Shown here piece after piece: positions 14,606 through 28,129 of a DNA stretch of 64,000 nucleotides. Source of the stretch: Squalus acanthias (Eukaryota); NCBI GenBank assembly GCA_030390025.1, contig CM059431.1, forward strand, positions 113,152,001 to 113,216,000, written 5' to 3'. The notes below the pieces were generated by a model that was not told where the DNA came from, searched no databases, and was given only the letters and a program-made list of their open reading frames with translations. Both the position numbers and the translations under genes were made by a program. Numbering within the stretch: the stretch's first letter is position 1; the number at the start of each line of letters is the position of its first letter.

Positions 14606-15922
14606 TTTGTCATGGAAAATAGGAAGAGAGCAGCGTGAAATCTGAGCTGACAGTAAGTTTAAAGTCATATTGAAAAGAGCAAAACCAGTCCCAGGAGAGA
14701 GTATTTCTGTTAGAAAGGGAATTTGCGCAGATACTAATTATCCCTATTTGAGGGTTTATCACAATTTCTTAAATTCCTCTGTTCTGACTAAAATCATTTT
14801 TATACTTAGCGACTAATACTTTTCAACTGTATCTTTATTGTTTTCCACCAAGTACAAGGAACCTCAGCATTTGATCGATTTGAAAGATCTTGCCTTCTCC
14901 CATTCCAGAACTGATTTTTCCCCACTGTCATTGTTTTTCAGGTTCCAGTGCTGGTATCTCTGATGTGTTTGACATCAATATTAACATTATTAAAAAACTT
15001 TTATTTGTTCAATTATAAACAAAAATCTTTAAACAAAAAGTTTCATTTAATATAAATCAAAATAATCACTAATAAGGTAAACCTCTTAAATCCCATTAGG
15101 ACATCTGGCTTCCACTACTGAAGACCTTGTTCTCTGAACTTTACTAATGCTTTATAATTCACATAAATATTTAATGTGCGCTCAATAGATTAGTTGGCAG
15201 AAGCGGTAAGTACCTGAACCATACAGACTCGAAAGTTCGGAGTTGGATCCTATGCTAATTCGACTGACCTCAGCTGGGGTTGCTGTCGGACTGATATAAT
15301 TGGTCTCCATGCCAGAGGATGGAGCGGGCGAGGGCTTGAATTTATTTGCATATGTGCGCTTTGGAATTTTTGTATATGCAAAGTTTTGAATTCCGTTGTA
15401 AGCCGGTCTCGCATTTAGATCGAATTGACAGCGCAGGAACAGGCCATTCGGCCCAACAGGTCTCTGCCGGTGTTTATGCTCCACGAGACATTTCTGTGTG
15501 CAGGAGTCTGATTTAAAAAAAAAATATGTAAGGGAGCTTCACTTTTGGATGTCTTGCTTTTTGTTTGTATGGTGGGGGTTGGGGATGGGGGTGGGTAATG
15601 TGTTTTCTTTTTGTGAGGTGGGGGTCTCAGATTTTTGTGCATGGGGGCTTTCCTTTCTGTGTAATCAAACGTGCCCTACTCACTGACTTTGATGCATGTG
15701 CCCAGCCCCCCAACTCCAAAAGGTTGGGCATCTCCTTTAGAGAAACTACTTTGCATTTTACCAGCTTCGAGACAAACTGTATATTTACAGACCACGGTAG
15801 GGATTTTTTGTAGTCAGTGATTTTGATGCCCTGTCTAGCTATTGGGGGCACTGAAATAAGCAGAAGCTCAGTACAGTAGTGGGAGCACTGTTAACTTAAT
15901 TTGCTAAGATTGTTTTCACGAC

Positions 15923-16065
15923 CAGTGTTCCCTGTTTGTTCTGCGGGGCCTGTTTCTTTTAATGTGCTGCCCCTTTAAATTTCTGCGCTTGCGCGGTATT
16001 TGCAGCGTAAAAGCCGGTGGGCGGCCTGTGCAGGACTGCACGTGCGCACCTTAGTGGAAACGTTG
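15923..16065. mobile_element. hAT-like MITE
   Basis: Ends CAGTGTTCCC / GGAAACGTTG; reverse-complement homolog of 34379-34534; TSD not convincing. Confidence 0.65.
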
Positions 16066-16258
16066 CTCGCTACCACATGGAGTGGTTGAGACGAATAGCA
16101 TAGATGCATTTAAGGAGTAGCTAGATGAACACATGAGGGAGAAAGGAATAAATGGACATGCTGATCGGGTGAGATGAAGAGGGGCTGGAGGAGGAAGCTC
16201 GTGTGAAGCATAAACACTGGCGTGGACCTGTTGGGCCTGTGCTGTACGTTCTATGTAA
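16066..16258 (+). mobile_element. CR1 LINE 3' tail fragment
   Basis: Homologous to 28370-28557 and 49150-49355. Confidence 0.75.
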
Positions 16259-17163
16259 GATGGCTAATGCAAGGTTGTGAACTGAGGGACAAACCCAATA
16301 CTCTGGTTTTTGCTGCTTAAGCGATTCAGCTGTGGACTGGTATAATTTCTAAAGCCAGGTGGGCACACTTCGATTTGGTGGAGCAATTTCCCGAAGCCCT
16401 GGAGCTAAAGCTATCCAAGCAGCTTTTTGCCTTGGTTGTATAGCAACGGCACCCCTCAGCTGTGAGGCCAGCCAGTTCTTGTTTTTGCTGTGGAGGAATT
16501 CGCATCGTATTTTGGGGAAGGAGCGATAATGAAATGACAATGCAGCACAGCTCTGAAAGCCAGCTGCAGTTTCCCCTTTGTTCCAGCAGCTTGCTGTTTG
16601 ATTTCAAGCGACCTTTCTGGAATGGATGTGGATTTAGTCATCGTTTTCCTTTATGCAACGTTGAGCTGTAAAACTAAATTGTAGAAGCAATTGGGAGTAT
16701 TTTATTGCAAAGGAGACCGTTTGAAATGAATCTTGGGTTGTGAAGTGCAGTTGAGCATGAGTTGCATTCTAATACAAAGTGCTGGTAACTGAGTAGGGCA
16801 GGTTTAACTTTAATATAAAACACAGGAAATCTGAACAGAAACAGAAAATGCTGGAATTCTTGGCTAGCATCCGTGGAGAAAACAGATAAGTGAGTGTTTC
16901 AGGCACTCAGCCCTGTATCAGAACTTAAAATGCTTGTTCATCTATCTTTTTTTTTAATATAGTGGTTAGAGGGAGGGAAGAGAAAAGAAGTACTGGTGGA
17001 ATGACCTGCAATCTGCTTAAAAGAAAAACAGGAGATAGACCACTGAAATGATTTTTACACCAGACAATGGAAAGGCATGTTTAAAAAAAAATAATAATTG
17101 AAGAAACAGTAGCTAACGCAGTGGGAAGCAACCCAAGGCAGAGATGAGACGGTGGGAAACATA

Positions 17164-18671
17164 AGCTGGAATTTTCTGGGGTGTCAGCGGGCGGGATCGG
17201 TGGCAGATCGGGTGGGAAAGTTTCTGTTGGGAACCCGCCACAACGCGCCTTTCCCAATGTCGGATCTGTCAGCGCTGACCAGACCTGACGGGCAGTGGCG
17301 GGCAACCTAATTAAACTAATTATAAAGTACTTACCAGACCCTTAACAGGCTTTTTTTCCATACTTTTTAACTTTAACTTCATGGCCACGGGAACCACACT
17401 GTTCGGTGACCACATCTGTCAACCTGAGGCGGGAGTTCAGTGGCCATTGCTCCAGCTGATTACTTGACCGCTTCAAATGTACAGTAAAAGCTCCCACCTG
17501 ACATCATCACTTTCCTCAGCCACAAGCTGTTTCTCACTGCATTTCCACAACAGATTCAGCATGCTGCAAGTCTTTCCATAAGTCTCCATCCAGTCTCACT
17601 TCATTACCTCTCTCACCATTGACAGATCGCTTCTGTCATCTTTACTTCACCTGCCATCTATTCCATCAACCTGGGTGCCGTTTCTACTGTCAGAATCGGA
17701 CCATGACGAGCCCCAACACTAGCAGCACCAGGCACACCAGCAGCACCAACAACAACACCAACTTTCTCCACAATCACCTGATGCTGCACAGGACAGAGGG
17801 CATCAGCACCCGAACACATTGCTGCCCGGGAGGCCAGGGATGGCCTCACCATGGCCAGATTTACTTCACTTGATGCTGTACACCCTGGCTGCCACATGAT
17901 GGGCCAGGTTGGCACCACCCCACACCAACACCATAAAGCATCCCTACAATGTCCAAGCCATTGCTTTCACACTCATCACCATTGCGGGGGGTACCGTTAT
18001 GTCTCGCCATTCACTGCAACTCACTAAGCCACTTCCAAAGGTGCACACAAATCTGTCCAAAAATAAAGATTTCAATGTTTGACAGCACATTAATAGAAAC
18101 TTTACATAAACATTGGATAAAACATCCAAGTGGCTACCCTTGTGTGCTGTTAGTTGGTATGATTGCACTGGAATAAGGGTGAGTGTGAGGGGTGGCGAGT
18201 GAGATGGGGATGTGATAATGTAGATAGAGAGGGATGGGTGGAGGTGCAAGGTAACTTGGTGTGAGTAAGGATGTGCAGGAGTAGGGTAGGGAAGGCAGAG
18301 TGATGGGGATGTGATGAGAGGCACAGCAGGATGAGGTTGAGTGTGGCTTTGTACTAACGTTTCGTGATCTAATGTGATCATTGAAAAGCTTGCGCCACTG
18401 CACCCAGATCCTCCTGACCACATCCTTGCTTGTGTCCTCCTGTGCAATGTGCAACCAGGCTGTGTTGCTCTCCTGGGGAGGTGTCTTCCGCCCATCAGAA
18501 GGGAAGAGAACCTCCCTGCGTACCCTGACTCCCTCCATAAGCACGCGCGGGCTTAACAAGTCCTATCAACATAAATTCATTTTAGGCAGCAGGATGGAGC
18601 CAGCAGCAGGGCCGCGACCCGCCACCGACCTCGCCCGCCCCGGATCCACTGAGGTAAGGAAAATCCCGGCC
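17164..18671 (-). mobile_element. Non-autonomous PIF/Harbinger element (same family as 12914-14605, opposite orientation)
   Basis: TIRs AGCTGGAATTTTC / GAAAATCCCGGCC, flanks ATA/ATT; Myb/SANT remnant MEGVRVRREVLFPSDGRK...AWLHIAQE...RRIWVQWRKLFND on -. Confidence 0.85.
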
Positions 18672-18939
18672 ATTGAGATTAAATGGGAGAAGCTGGTAAA
18701 ATAGGATGGGGTCTGCTAGCCCTGAGAAGTAAGGCGGGGGGGGGGGGGGTGGGGTGGGCAGGGAGAAAAACAGGCAAACATCAAGGGCACAGACTCCCCT
18801 GGTCAATTACTGTGTTTTGACAAGGCTCTCCATCTCTCGTGTCAACCCACCTTCTCACTCCATGGAAAATAACATACCCATCCCATATCACCAGCGCACC
18901 CTGCTGTAGAAAGATAGAAGCTATGCTTAAGGTATGAAG

Positions 18940-20400
18940 TGACTAAATTCAGTGTTCACGCCAGAGGGCTGCAGAGAAAGATACAGTGCTGTTCCTGGAA
19001 TTTGCGTTGAGCCTCATTGGAACAGTGTTGAGGGCCATGGAGGGAGAGGTCAAAACTGTAATGGGATGGCGGATTGAAGTGGCAAGCCCCAGGGAGCTTA
19101 GGGCCATACTTGCAGACAGAAGAGGTACTTAGCAAAGTGGTCACTTGGAAGAAGCACTGAGGGGAGCAAGGGCACAGAATGTACTCTGGGTGGGGGACTT
19201 CAATGTCCATCACCAAGAGTGGCTCAGTAGTACTACAACTGACCGAGCTGGCCGAGTCCTGAAGGACATAGCTGCCCGACTGGGCCTGTGGCAGGTTGTG
19301 AAAGAACCAACACAAGGGAAAAACCTACTTGGCCGTGTCCTCACCAATCTACCTGTCGTAGCTGCAGCTGTCCATGACCTTATTGGTAGGAGTGACCACC
19401 GCACAGTCCTTGTGGAGGCAAAGTCCTGTCTTCACACTGAGGATACCCTCCATCGTGTTGTGTGGTACTACCACCGTACTAAATGGGATAAATTCAGAAC
19501 AGATCTAGCAGCTCAAAACTGGGCATCCATGAGGCGCTGTGGGCCATCAGCAGCAGCATCAGAGTTGTAGTCCTCTGCAACCTGTAACCTCATGGTCCAG
19601 CATATCCCTCACTCTACTATTGCCATCAAGCCAGGGGACCAACCCTGGTGCAATGAGGAGAGCATGCCAGAAGCAGCACCAGGCGTACCTAAACATGAGG
19701 TGCCTACCTGGTGAAGCTACAACACAGGACTGTGTGCACGCTAAACAGCAGAAGTAGCATACTATAGACAGAGCTAAGTGATCCCACAACCAACAGATCA
19801 GATCAAAGCTCTGCAGTCCTGAACACCACCCCCTCCAAGTTACACACCATCCTGACTTGGAAGTATATCGCCGATCCTTCATCGTCGCTGGGTCAAAATC
19901 CAGAACTCCCTCCCTAACAGCACTGTGGGAGTACCTTCACCATACGGACTGCAGTGGTTCAAGAAGGCGACTCACTACCACCTTCTCGAGGGCAATTAGG
20001 GATGGGCAATAAATGCTGATCTTGACAGTGACGCCCAGATCCCGTGAAAGAATTAAAAAAAAAAAAAAAAATTGCCTAACCTGCATTTGGTCTCCCCAGT
20101 GTAGAGGAGATTGCAGCATGAGCAACAAACATAGTATTCTATATTGGCGAATGTACGCATGAATTTGATGTGTCTCGTGGAAAGAGTGTTTGGGGCCCTG
20201 GAGAATATTGTGGGAGAAGGTGAGTGGACAGGTGCTGCATCTTCTGCACTTGCACCAGAAGGTGCCAGGGAAAGGCAGCTGAAGGAAGGGGTGGTAGAAA
20301 TAAGGTATCATGGAGGGGACAGTCCATCCACAAAGCAGAGAGAGGAGTGCAGGGGGAGATGTTGTAGCTGGCGGAAATAACGGAAGATGATCTGGTGAAT
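18940..20400 (-). mobile_element. Penelope-like GIY-YIG fragment split by a LINE insertion
   Basis: 18940-19143 and ~20075-20400 match consecutive parts of 28558-29373 (CKCRRCSTCP...GPKHSF; HCSNEAQRK). Confidence 0.7.
19145..20071 (+). mobile_element. Internally deleted non-LTR retrotransposon (APE endonuclease part joined to 3' end and poly-A)
   Basis: ORF 19145-19570 VGDFNVHH...QVVKEPT.GKNLL..VLTN...SDHRTV; 3' end of the same type as 58966-59590; A-tail 20054-20071. Confidence 0.85.
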
Positions 20401-21837
20401 GCAGAAGTTTACCTTGCATCTTAGGAGAAAACGACCTGTAATTTTGGCGTTTTCTCTTTGTTACATTGAGAGCAGGAATGTTATTTTAAGGTAGGTCAGT
20501 TCTCGTTGGAGCACAGTCCTCACCCTATCTTTCTCTGTGGGAGCACAAGTGGATGACAGGCACCTCCAACAGTGCTCCTCACCCCATCCAATCCAAATAA
20601 AGTTCACCTGCAAAAACCCCGCTGGCAGAATCAGCTGACCTGCCAATGAAAATAAAACAAGCTCAGTGCTCTCAACAGCAGTGTAGACAATTAATATTGT
20701 TTCACAAGGGGACGAGGCACATGTCAACAGTACGCGACCTGCTGATAGAGGCTGCTTGTTGTTTTGTTTATTTCATTGTTTGCCAGTAGATCAGCTGCCA
20801 GCATGTTTTAAGGGAAACTATGGAAATTAAAATATTCCCAAGTTTGCACAATGAACAAGTGTGCAACAGGACGGTCAGTCATGCACACTAGTGATCATGA
20901 TCTCGCTTTCTCAGTGACGTATCTGAAGCTTGCCACTGAGATGTAAGATTTGTATCGATCACTTTAAGGTGAGTAGCAATGGGGGCATATCGCAGCAATT
21001 TAGATTTCTGTAGCAATTCCTAATGTGCAGAGAAAAGTTTGAGTGCTTTGCAGGATGGAGGACAAAAGTTGACACTGAGCAATGATGAGCTACGAAACAG
21101 AAAGGTTTGGGAAGGACAGGAAACCGAGTAGAAGGGAAGGGTTCTTAGGACGCTTTTGGAAGCAAGCAACGAAGGAATTGACGAGGGCTGATTTGCTTAG
21201 AGAGGGAGTTCCAGAAAGTAGGGCCCTAGTTACTGAGCGACATGAAGTGATGCTACATAGGCGCTTGTTTCTATGTTGAATTAACAATCTCATCATGTTT
21301 GACTGAATATGATGCAGCATGCTCCATTATGACTAAGGCAATAACAAATTAAATCAATGATTTTCTGATATTCAGTGCACATGTCCCACAGCCTAGTTCA
21401 TTGCAAAATGATATCTGATATGCTCCTGTTGAATTAGCCCTACCTCCCATTCAGTTTAGATTTGCCAGGAGGAGTTGCATATGTATTGCTTTGCGTACTT
21501 TGATCCTCTTTGTAGCCACATTAAGACCTATTGCAGCACTAAAGTGGCTGAATGAATGATGTAAGACAGCAATTTGACTCGACTGGCTTTCAGACCAAGC
21601 TTTACAGCTTGAAACAATGCAGTATATGTTTCCAAGGAAATGCGGCAGAGGTGTACTGCTGTGTGGTTATCACTGCTTTGCATTGAAGTTCATTGAAGGG
21701 CAACATTTTAGTTTTAAAGATCACTGCAGTTGAGTGTAATGCCCAAGCAGTCTCAAAAGTGCCCTAACTTAAGGTTAAAACTCCTACAAGTTCATACTGA
21801 GGGGAAATGAATAAATGTGTTGTATAAGTAATCCTAA

Positions 21838-22140
<303 letters not shown>

Positions 22141-22617
22141 TGAGTTTAAAAAAAATAATAATAATAATTAGAACTATTTATCTCTGAAATAATTGGTTTT
22201 ATTCATTCCCATGCATTTTCTACTCTTGGCAGTGTCAGCTGTTAACTCTTGCTGACTGCTGTTTTGTGATTATTCAGAGAGGTGAGGATCAAGTACTCAA
22301 GTGTAGCTTATTTTTCTTCTGCTCCACCACCATGAAGCAATCCCATTTAACGTGTGTTTCAGGAACTGATGAAACTTAATTCCACCCCCACCTGTGTGTT
22401 TCATCGACTATACCTTACAGAGCTCAGTGGAGAGTCCATTAAGTCTTTATGCATGAGTTGTGAAATAACTCTGATCTCCAACTTGGGGGAATAAATTGAA
22501 GTGACAGACAATGGTTTGGCTAAATGGTTCTGCTTTTAAATGCTCAAACATTTAACCAGTCTTGCTAACTGATTATTTCTTTGAAAATTTCCCTCCAATT
22601 TTCTTGGTCCTCTCGGG

Positions 22618-23075
22618 GGATTGTCCTATGAGGACAGACAGATTGAGTAGACTAGGCCTATATTCTCTAGAGTTTAGAAGAATGAGAGGTGATCTCATTG
22701 AAACATATAAAATTCTTACAAGGCTTGACAGGGTCGATGCAGGGAGGATGTTTCCCCTGGCTGGGGAGTCTAGAACCAGGGGTCACAGTCTCAGAATAAG
22801 GGGTTGGCCATTTAGGACTGAGATGAGGAGAAAGTTCTTCACTCAGAAGTAGTGAATCTTTGGAATTCTCCACCCCAGAGGGCTGTGGAGGCTCAGTCAT
22901 TGAGTATATTCAAGACAGAGATCGATAGATTTTTGAATATTAAGGGAATCAAAGGATATGGGGATAGTGCAGGAAAGTGGAGATGAGGTAGAAGATCAGC
23001 CATGATCTTATTGAATGGCGGAAAAGGCTCGACAGGCCAAATGGCCTACTCCTGCTCCTATTTTTTATGTTCTTT
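22618..23075 (+). mobile_element. CR1 LINE 3' fragment
   Basis: RLSRLGLYSLEFRRMRGDLIETYKIL...; 3' hairpin/tail typical of CR1. Confidence 0.9.
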
Positions 23076-24079
23076 ATGTAAAGGTGGTGGCTCAAAATGG
23101 AGCCCAGTTCCACTGGTCCCAGTTGACCTCTAATACCATGCCCCAGCAGCCAGTCACTTTTTGATAGCCTCAGTTATGCCCCATTTTTTTAACTAAATAT
23201 AGCCCAGTTGTGCATTTTTTAAATAAATATTTTAAAAAACCTACAACTCCGAAGAAGATCGACGATTAAAATGTTAAATGACTGTGCACACGTCCTGTCA
23301 ACTTTTTCCATTTAATCAATTCTTATATAATTATAATAGAAACTACCTGTGCAAACTTGTCATGTAATTATACCCTCTTGTCGGTAGAGGTACTTGGACA
23401 TGAGAGAGTATAATTACAGTGCAACAGGTTTACATAGGCAGTTTGCATTATAAATGTGGTCATAACAATTTATAATGGAAATACAAAAATAAGGACTAAA
23501 TTATTACTTTAAAGTAGGGGCTGAATTATGTCTGCACATCCTGATCTAACTATCTCTCACCCTGTAACCCCATTTCACCTGAAGGCTACACTTGGTCTTG
23601 ACTCTCCATGTGCAACACCACAAGAGATCGACTAGTCTTCAATAAAAGTTGTTGTGTTACTTACCAATTGTTACACCATTGGACTGAAGTGCAATTAGTC
23701 GAAGAGCTGTCATGTGTTTGAAAACAACTTTCATTATTGTCAGCAAATTGACTTCAGTCGGCCTTTAGTGAGTCACATCATTGGACAATAGCAGACATAC
23801 TGCTAAGTCACATGACAATATGTAATCCTAGAAATGGCTGTTCACAATATTTGCGAATGAATGGAATTTGCTTCTATGATATTCTTCTGTCTGCAATTTT
23901 CATGCAGATGTTAATCCATTTATTTTAAATGGGTTAAGCCGTCAATAAAATAAAGTAATGTCATCCATTAACCATTCATCCACTAATATCAGTCATTTCT
24001 GGGCAATATGTTCACCAAAATGAGAGCAAATATTTCCCATTTAAAAAAAAAAATCGATTTAATTCAATATTTTTGTAAA

Positions 24080-24295
24080 AGAAAGAACGAACTTGCATTT
24101 ATATAGCACCTTTCCTGATGATTACCAAAGTGCTTCACAACCAAGTAAGTACTTTTCTGGCGAAAGGTCTTCGACCTGAAACGTTAACTCTGTTTCTCTC
24201 TCCACAGATGCTGCCTGACCTGCTGAGTTTTTCCAGCCTTTTCTGTTGTTATTAAGTACTTTTTGAAGTGTAGTCACTGTTGTAATGTAGGAAAA
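24080..24295 (-). mobile_element. DeuSINE 3' tail interrupted by a hammerhead-bearing mini-element (24157-24252)
   Basis: SINE tail continues across the insertion; TAAGTACTTTT duplicated at 24146-24156 and 24253-24263. Confidence 0.8.
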
Positions 24296-24689
24296 TGCAT
24301 AAAAACAAATATTAAGCATAGTTTTTGAGCTACAGACGGCACTTCGATGACAGAATCTACCATGTTTGTGACTCTCAAACCTCAGGTTCCTTGGCCTTTG
24401 GGCATTAGGAGGCACTCTTCTGTAAGTCTCACCTTCCAGTTTACTGCTGGAACACTTAATTGAGATCCAAAGTGCATTTTAAAAGTTTTATAAAATGATT
24501 GTGTAACTTAAGGCTGATCATCATCATCATCATCTTGCCAAGATAACTCTCTTGTAAAAGAGATGCACTTGCAGGATAAAGAAACCCTATGTTGGCAAAG
24601 TCAAGAGCAGCAAAACCAAAACTCCCTGGCAATCTGTAATAGTGAAAAATGACCCACGAATGTATAATGCATGGTTTTAACTGGAATGA

Positions 24690-24818
<129 letters not shown>

Positions 24819-25574
24819 CATTCGCTGCCACAGAGACTGTTTAGGCAGAGAATCAGGAGCTGTTACACAATGATGCCCAGCTGGCTGGGTTTAGACATGT
24901 CACGAGATGTTTGTACCTACAGTTGGTTTCGGTAAAAATGCTAAAGACGAGGCAAGGCACATAATTACATAAGTTTTGTTAATAAGCTGATGTAATACTA
25001 AGTGAACTAACTATTGTAATATTGTGCTTTTAAAGCTTGGCCCTGTGCATTGTAATAATCTCAAACTTGCAGATACAATATTATCAGTGCAAAATGCCTC
25101 TTGACCAAATTTAACTTGTTTAATATTTGGTTTACATTAGTCCTTTTTCAAACAGCAATCAGTATTATAATGAGTGTTTTGCCACAAGGGATTTTTTTTT
25201 AGAAAATGAAATTAACTTTGCCTATATTGAATTGCATTTGAACAAAACCGCTAACCTGTTGAGGTGGGAGCACTTCATTTTAAGTGTGTGCTACAAACTA
25301 GCACTTGTTGAACAAAACTGTAATACCTCAACTATAAGCAATAGTTTTAAAAACTCCAATAATGTTACAAATGAGATTTAATAGTAGAATCTCCATAAAC
25401 TGGAGATAAAGAACTGTAACCACTTCATAAATGATAAAAATTAGCAGCAGATACTGTTGGTTTTAGACATAAAACACTTATTAATGTGTTGCCCCATAAC
25501 TGTTATTTGTTCATTTGAGAGTGTTGGCAGGAGATGTGAATGCAGGGGAGATTACAGCCAACCATGTATTACAA

Positions 25575-26305
25575 AATATTTACAGCACAGAAACAGGCCA
25601 TTCAGCCCAACGAGTCTATGCCGGTGTTTATGCACCATACAAGCCTTCTCCCACCCTTCCTCATCTAACCCCAATCAGTAGATCCTTCTATTCCTTTCTC
25701 CCTCCTGTGTTTATCTAGCATCCCCTTAAATAGATCTATGCTATTCGCGTCAACTACTCCTTGTGGTAGCGAGTTCCACATTCTAACCGCTCTCTGGGTA
25801 AAGAAGTTTCTCCTGAATTCCCTATTTGATTTATTAGTGACTATCTTATATTTATGGCCTCTAGTTCTGGTCTTCCCCACAAGTGGAAACATCTTCTCTA
25901 CGTCTACCCTATCAAACCCTTCCACAATCTTGAAGACCTCTATCAGGTCACCACTCAGTCTTCTCTTTTCCAGGGAAAGAGCTCCAGCCTGTTCAATCTT
26001 ACCTGATAGGTAGAACCTCTTGGTTCTGGTATCATCCTGGTAAATCTTTATTGCACCTTCTCCAGTGCCTCTATATCCTTTTTATAATATGGAGACCAGA
26101 ACCATTCACAATGCTCCAAGTGTGGTCTAACTAAGGTTCTATACAAGTTTAACATAACTTCACTGCTTTTCAGTTCTGTCCCTCTAGAAATGAACCCCAG
26201 TGCTTTGTTTGCTTTTTTATGGTCTATTAACCTACTTTTAGTGATTGTTTATCTGTACCCCCAGATCCCTCTGCTCCTCTACCCCATTTAGACACTTATT
26301 TTCCA
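25575..26305 (-). mobile_element. CR1 LINE 3' fragment inside putative SLAIN1 3' UTR
   Basis: ORF 25665-25925 GFDRVDVEKMFPLVGKTRTRGHKYKI...WNSLPQ. Confidence 0.9.
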
Positions 26306-26324
26306 ATGTACTCACCCAAAGTCT

Positions 26325-26390
26325 ACACACCACACATGCCCCACACACATACATACATGTCACACACACACACAGACACAGACACTGACA
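26325..26390. repeat. Imperfect (CA)n microsatellite
   Basis: cacaccacacatgccccacacacatacatacatgtcacacacacacacagacacagacac. Confidence 0.7.
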
Positions 26391-27859
26391 CTGATTTTTC
26401 CAGTGCTTAGCCCAAGGACTTTTAAGTCAATTGTACCATTCCTACTGTCAGCCTAGCGGAGATCAGCAAACCCTGCACAAAGCAGGGTTTGAATTTAGGA
26501 CCCTTTTCGTCTGTACAGCTCAATTTACTGACTAAATCCAATGCTGGGGAACTTGCTTCGTTTCAACTGTCTCGTTCATTTAAGTACTTTTATCTAAAAA
26601 AAAAATCTGATACCTAAGTTTGACCGCAGTAATCGCTTTCATTAAAGCTCTGTAATTTTGTATTTACTAAGAAGACTCGAATGTGGTAAAGAGAAAAGTG
26701 CTGAAGTCTGAATTTAAAGGCGCAAAATCCTGGAAGCCGACCTGCATCTGAGAGAGAAGGGTAACTCGACCTATTTCCAGCATTTCTGTTTTCATTGTAA
26801 CTTCTGCTCCAGGTATGCTAGTCCTGAAGAGGTCTTGCTTCTCTCTCCATGATGAGCGCTGAAGGAACAGATGTGAAATGTTAACTTGAACTTCTCTCTC
26901 CGATGCTGATCAAACCGTTCTTCATTTCTCACATTTTCTGTAGTTATATCCCTGTAGTTATCCCTATCAGTTAATGTTCCTTTGGTATAATGGCACAACC
27001 AGATGTAATAGTAGCACTACATAAATATTTATAACAGTCATTTGTTACAAGTGAAAACTGTACATTAGTGTTCCCAGCCATTTAAACACTGGTACATGAT
27101 CATATTTAGAAGTATATTGGAATATTGACTATGAAAGTTGATTTGCTTTTAATAATTGATATATTACAGTTTTGTTAAACAAGTATAGTTTCTGAAAGTC
27201 ATTCGAGATGAAGTTACTGTTGACTCATGGAAAATCTGGACAGAAAATTTGTTGTCGAGCCAATTGCATTGTGCACTGCAGCAATAATTTATTTCTATTT
27301 TTCACAAGTACCTGTATGGTCAGCATGTCTGTGAAGTCAATACAAACATCATTTTTTTTGTGCCATAGTTCGCATTACACAGCCAGTAAAAGTTAACACT
27401 AATGGAGTTTCACAAGCACTTGGGGGTAAGGAAGTTCACAAAATACCACACAATTGCTGACTATCTTGTTGGTTTTATAAAAGTTAATTTATTATTCATA
27501 AATTATTTGTGTACGCCCTATCAGTTATGATGAAGCACATTGCACTTAAACCCAGCAATGACCATGTATGCGACAGTTTGAACGGATTTTTTTTAAAAGA
27601 ATAATAAGTGAGCATTTTGAAGTTTTATTAATATTAGTATTGAGAACAAGGTGCACTTTTTAATGGAAACTAAACAACTTAAATTTTATAAAAGTTTTAC
27701 AGGATTACTTAAACACATTCATCTTGTAATAATGCTGTACAAAGGTATTACAGAAATGCCAAATACATTGTCAATTACTCTTACATTTTATTAAATATTG
27801 CTTATAAAATATAATACATTATTGCCAATTGATGTAGGAATGTATTGATGATTTTATGC

Positions 27860-27865
27860 AATAAA
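27860..27865 (+). terminator. Candidate polyadenylation signal AATAAA
   Basis: First canonical AATAAA I found after the stop codon; followed by ttgtttttcc...tgtggatgggttatgctgt. An ATTAAA at 26641 and another AATAAA near 27994 are alternatives. Confidence 0.5.
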
Positions 27866-28129
27866 TTGTTTTTCCTCCCCTGTGGATGGGTTATGCTGTA
27901 CTTCAAATGATGGCTTAACTTGGCCACTACCAACAAAGAATGTTATTACCAACATTATTTCACAATTGGGGTTTATGGATCTGAATCACAGAAAATAAAA
28001 TACTTACCACGTTGCAAATGTAACTTGCTTACACCATTCAATGATTAATTTTCCATAATCCTCACTTCGAGGGAACTTTCCCCTAGGACACTTCTAACAA
28101 ATTCTTCGCCCTTTTCATTTAATTTTTCC

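Larger units (their letters stand above)
24819..27885 (+). other. SLAIN1: Putative SLAIN1 3' UTR
   Basis: AT-rich sequence after the stop codon up to an AATAAA at 27860 followed by a U/GU-rich tract; the end is inferred without transcript data. Confidence 0.5.
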
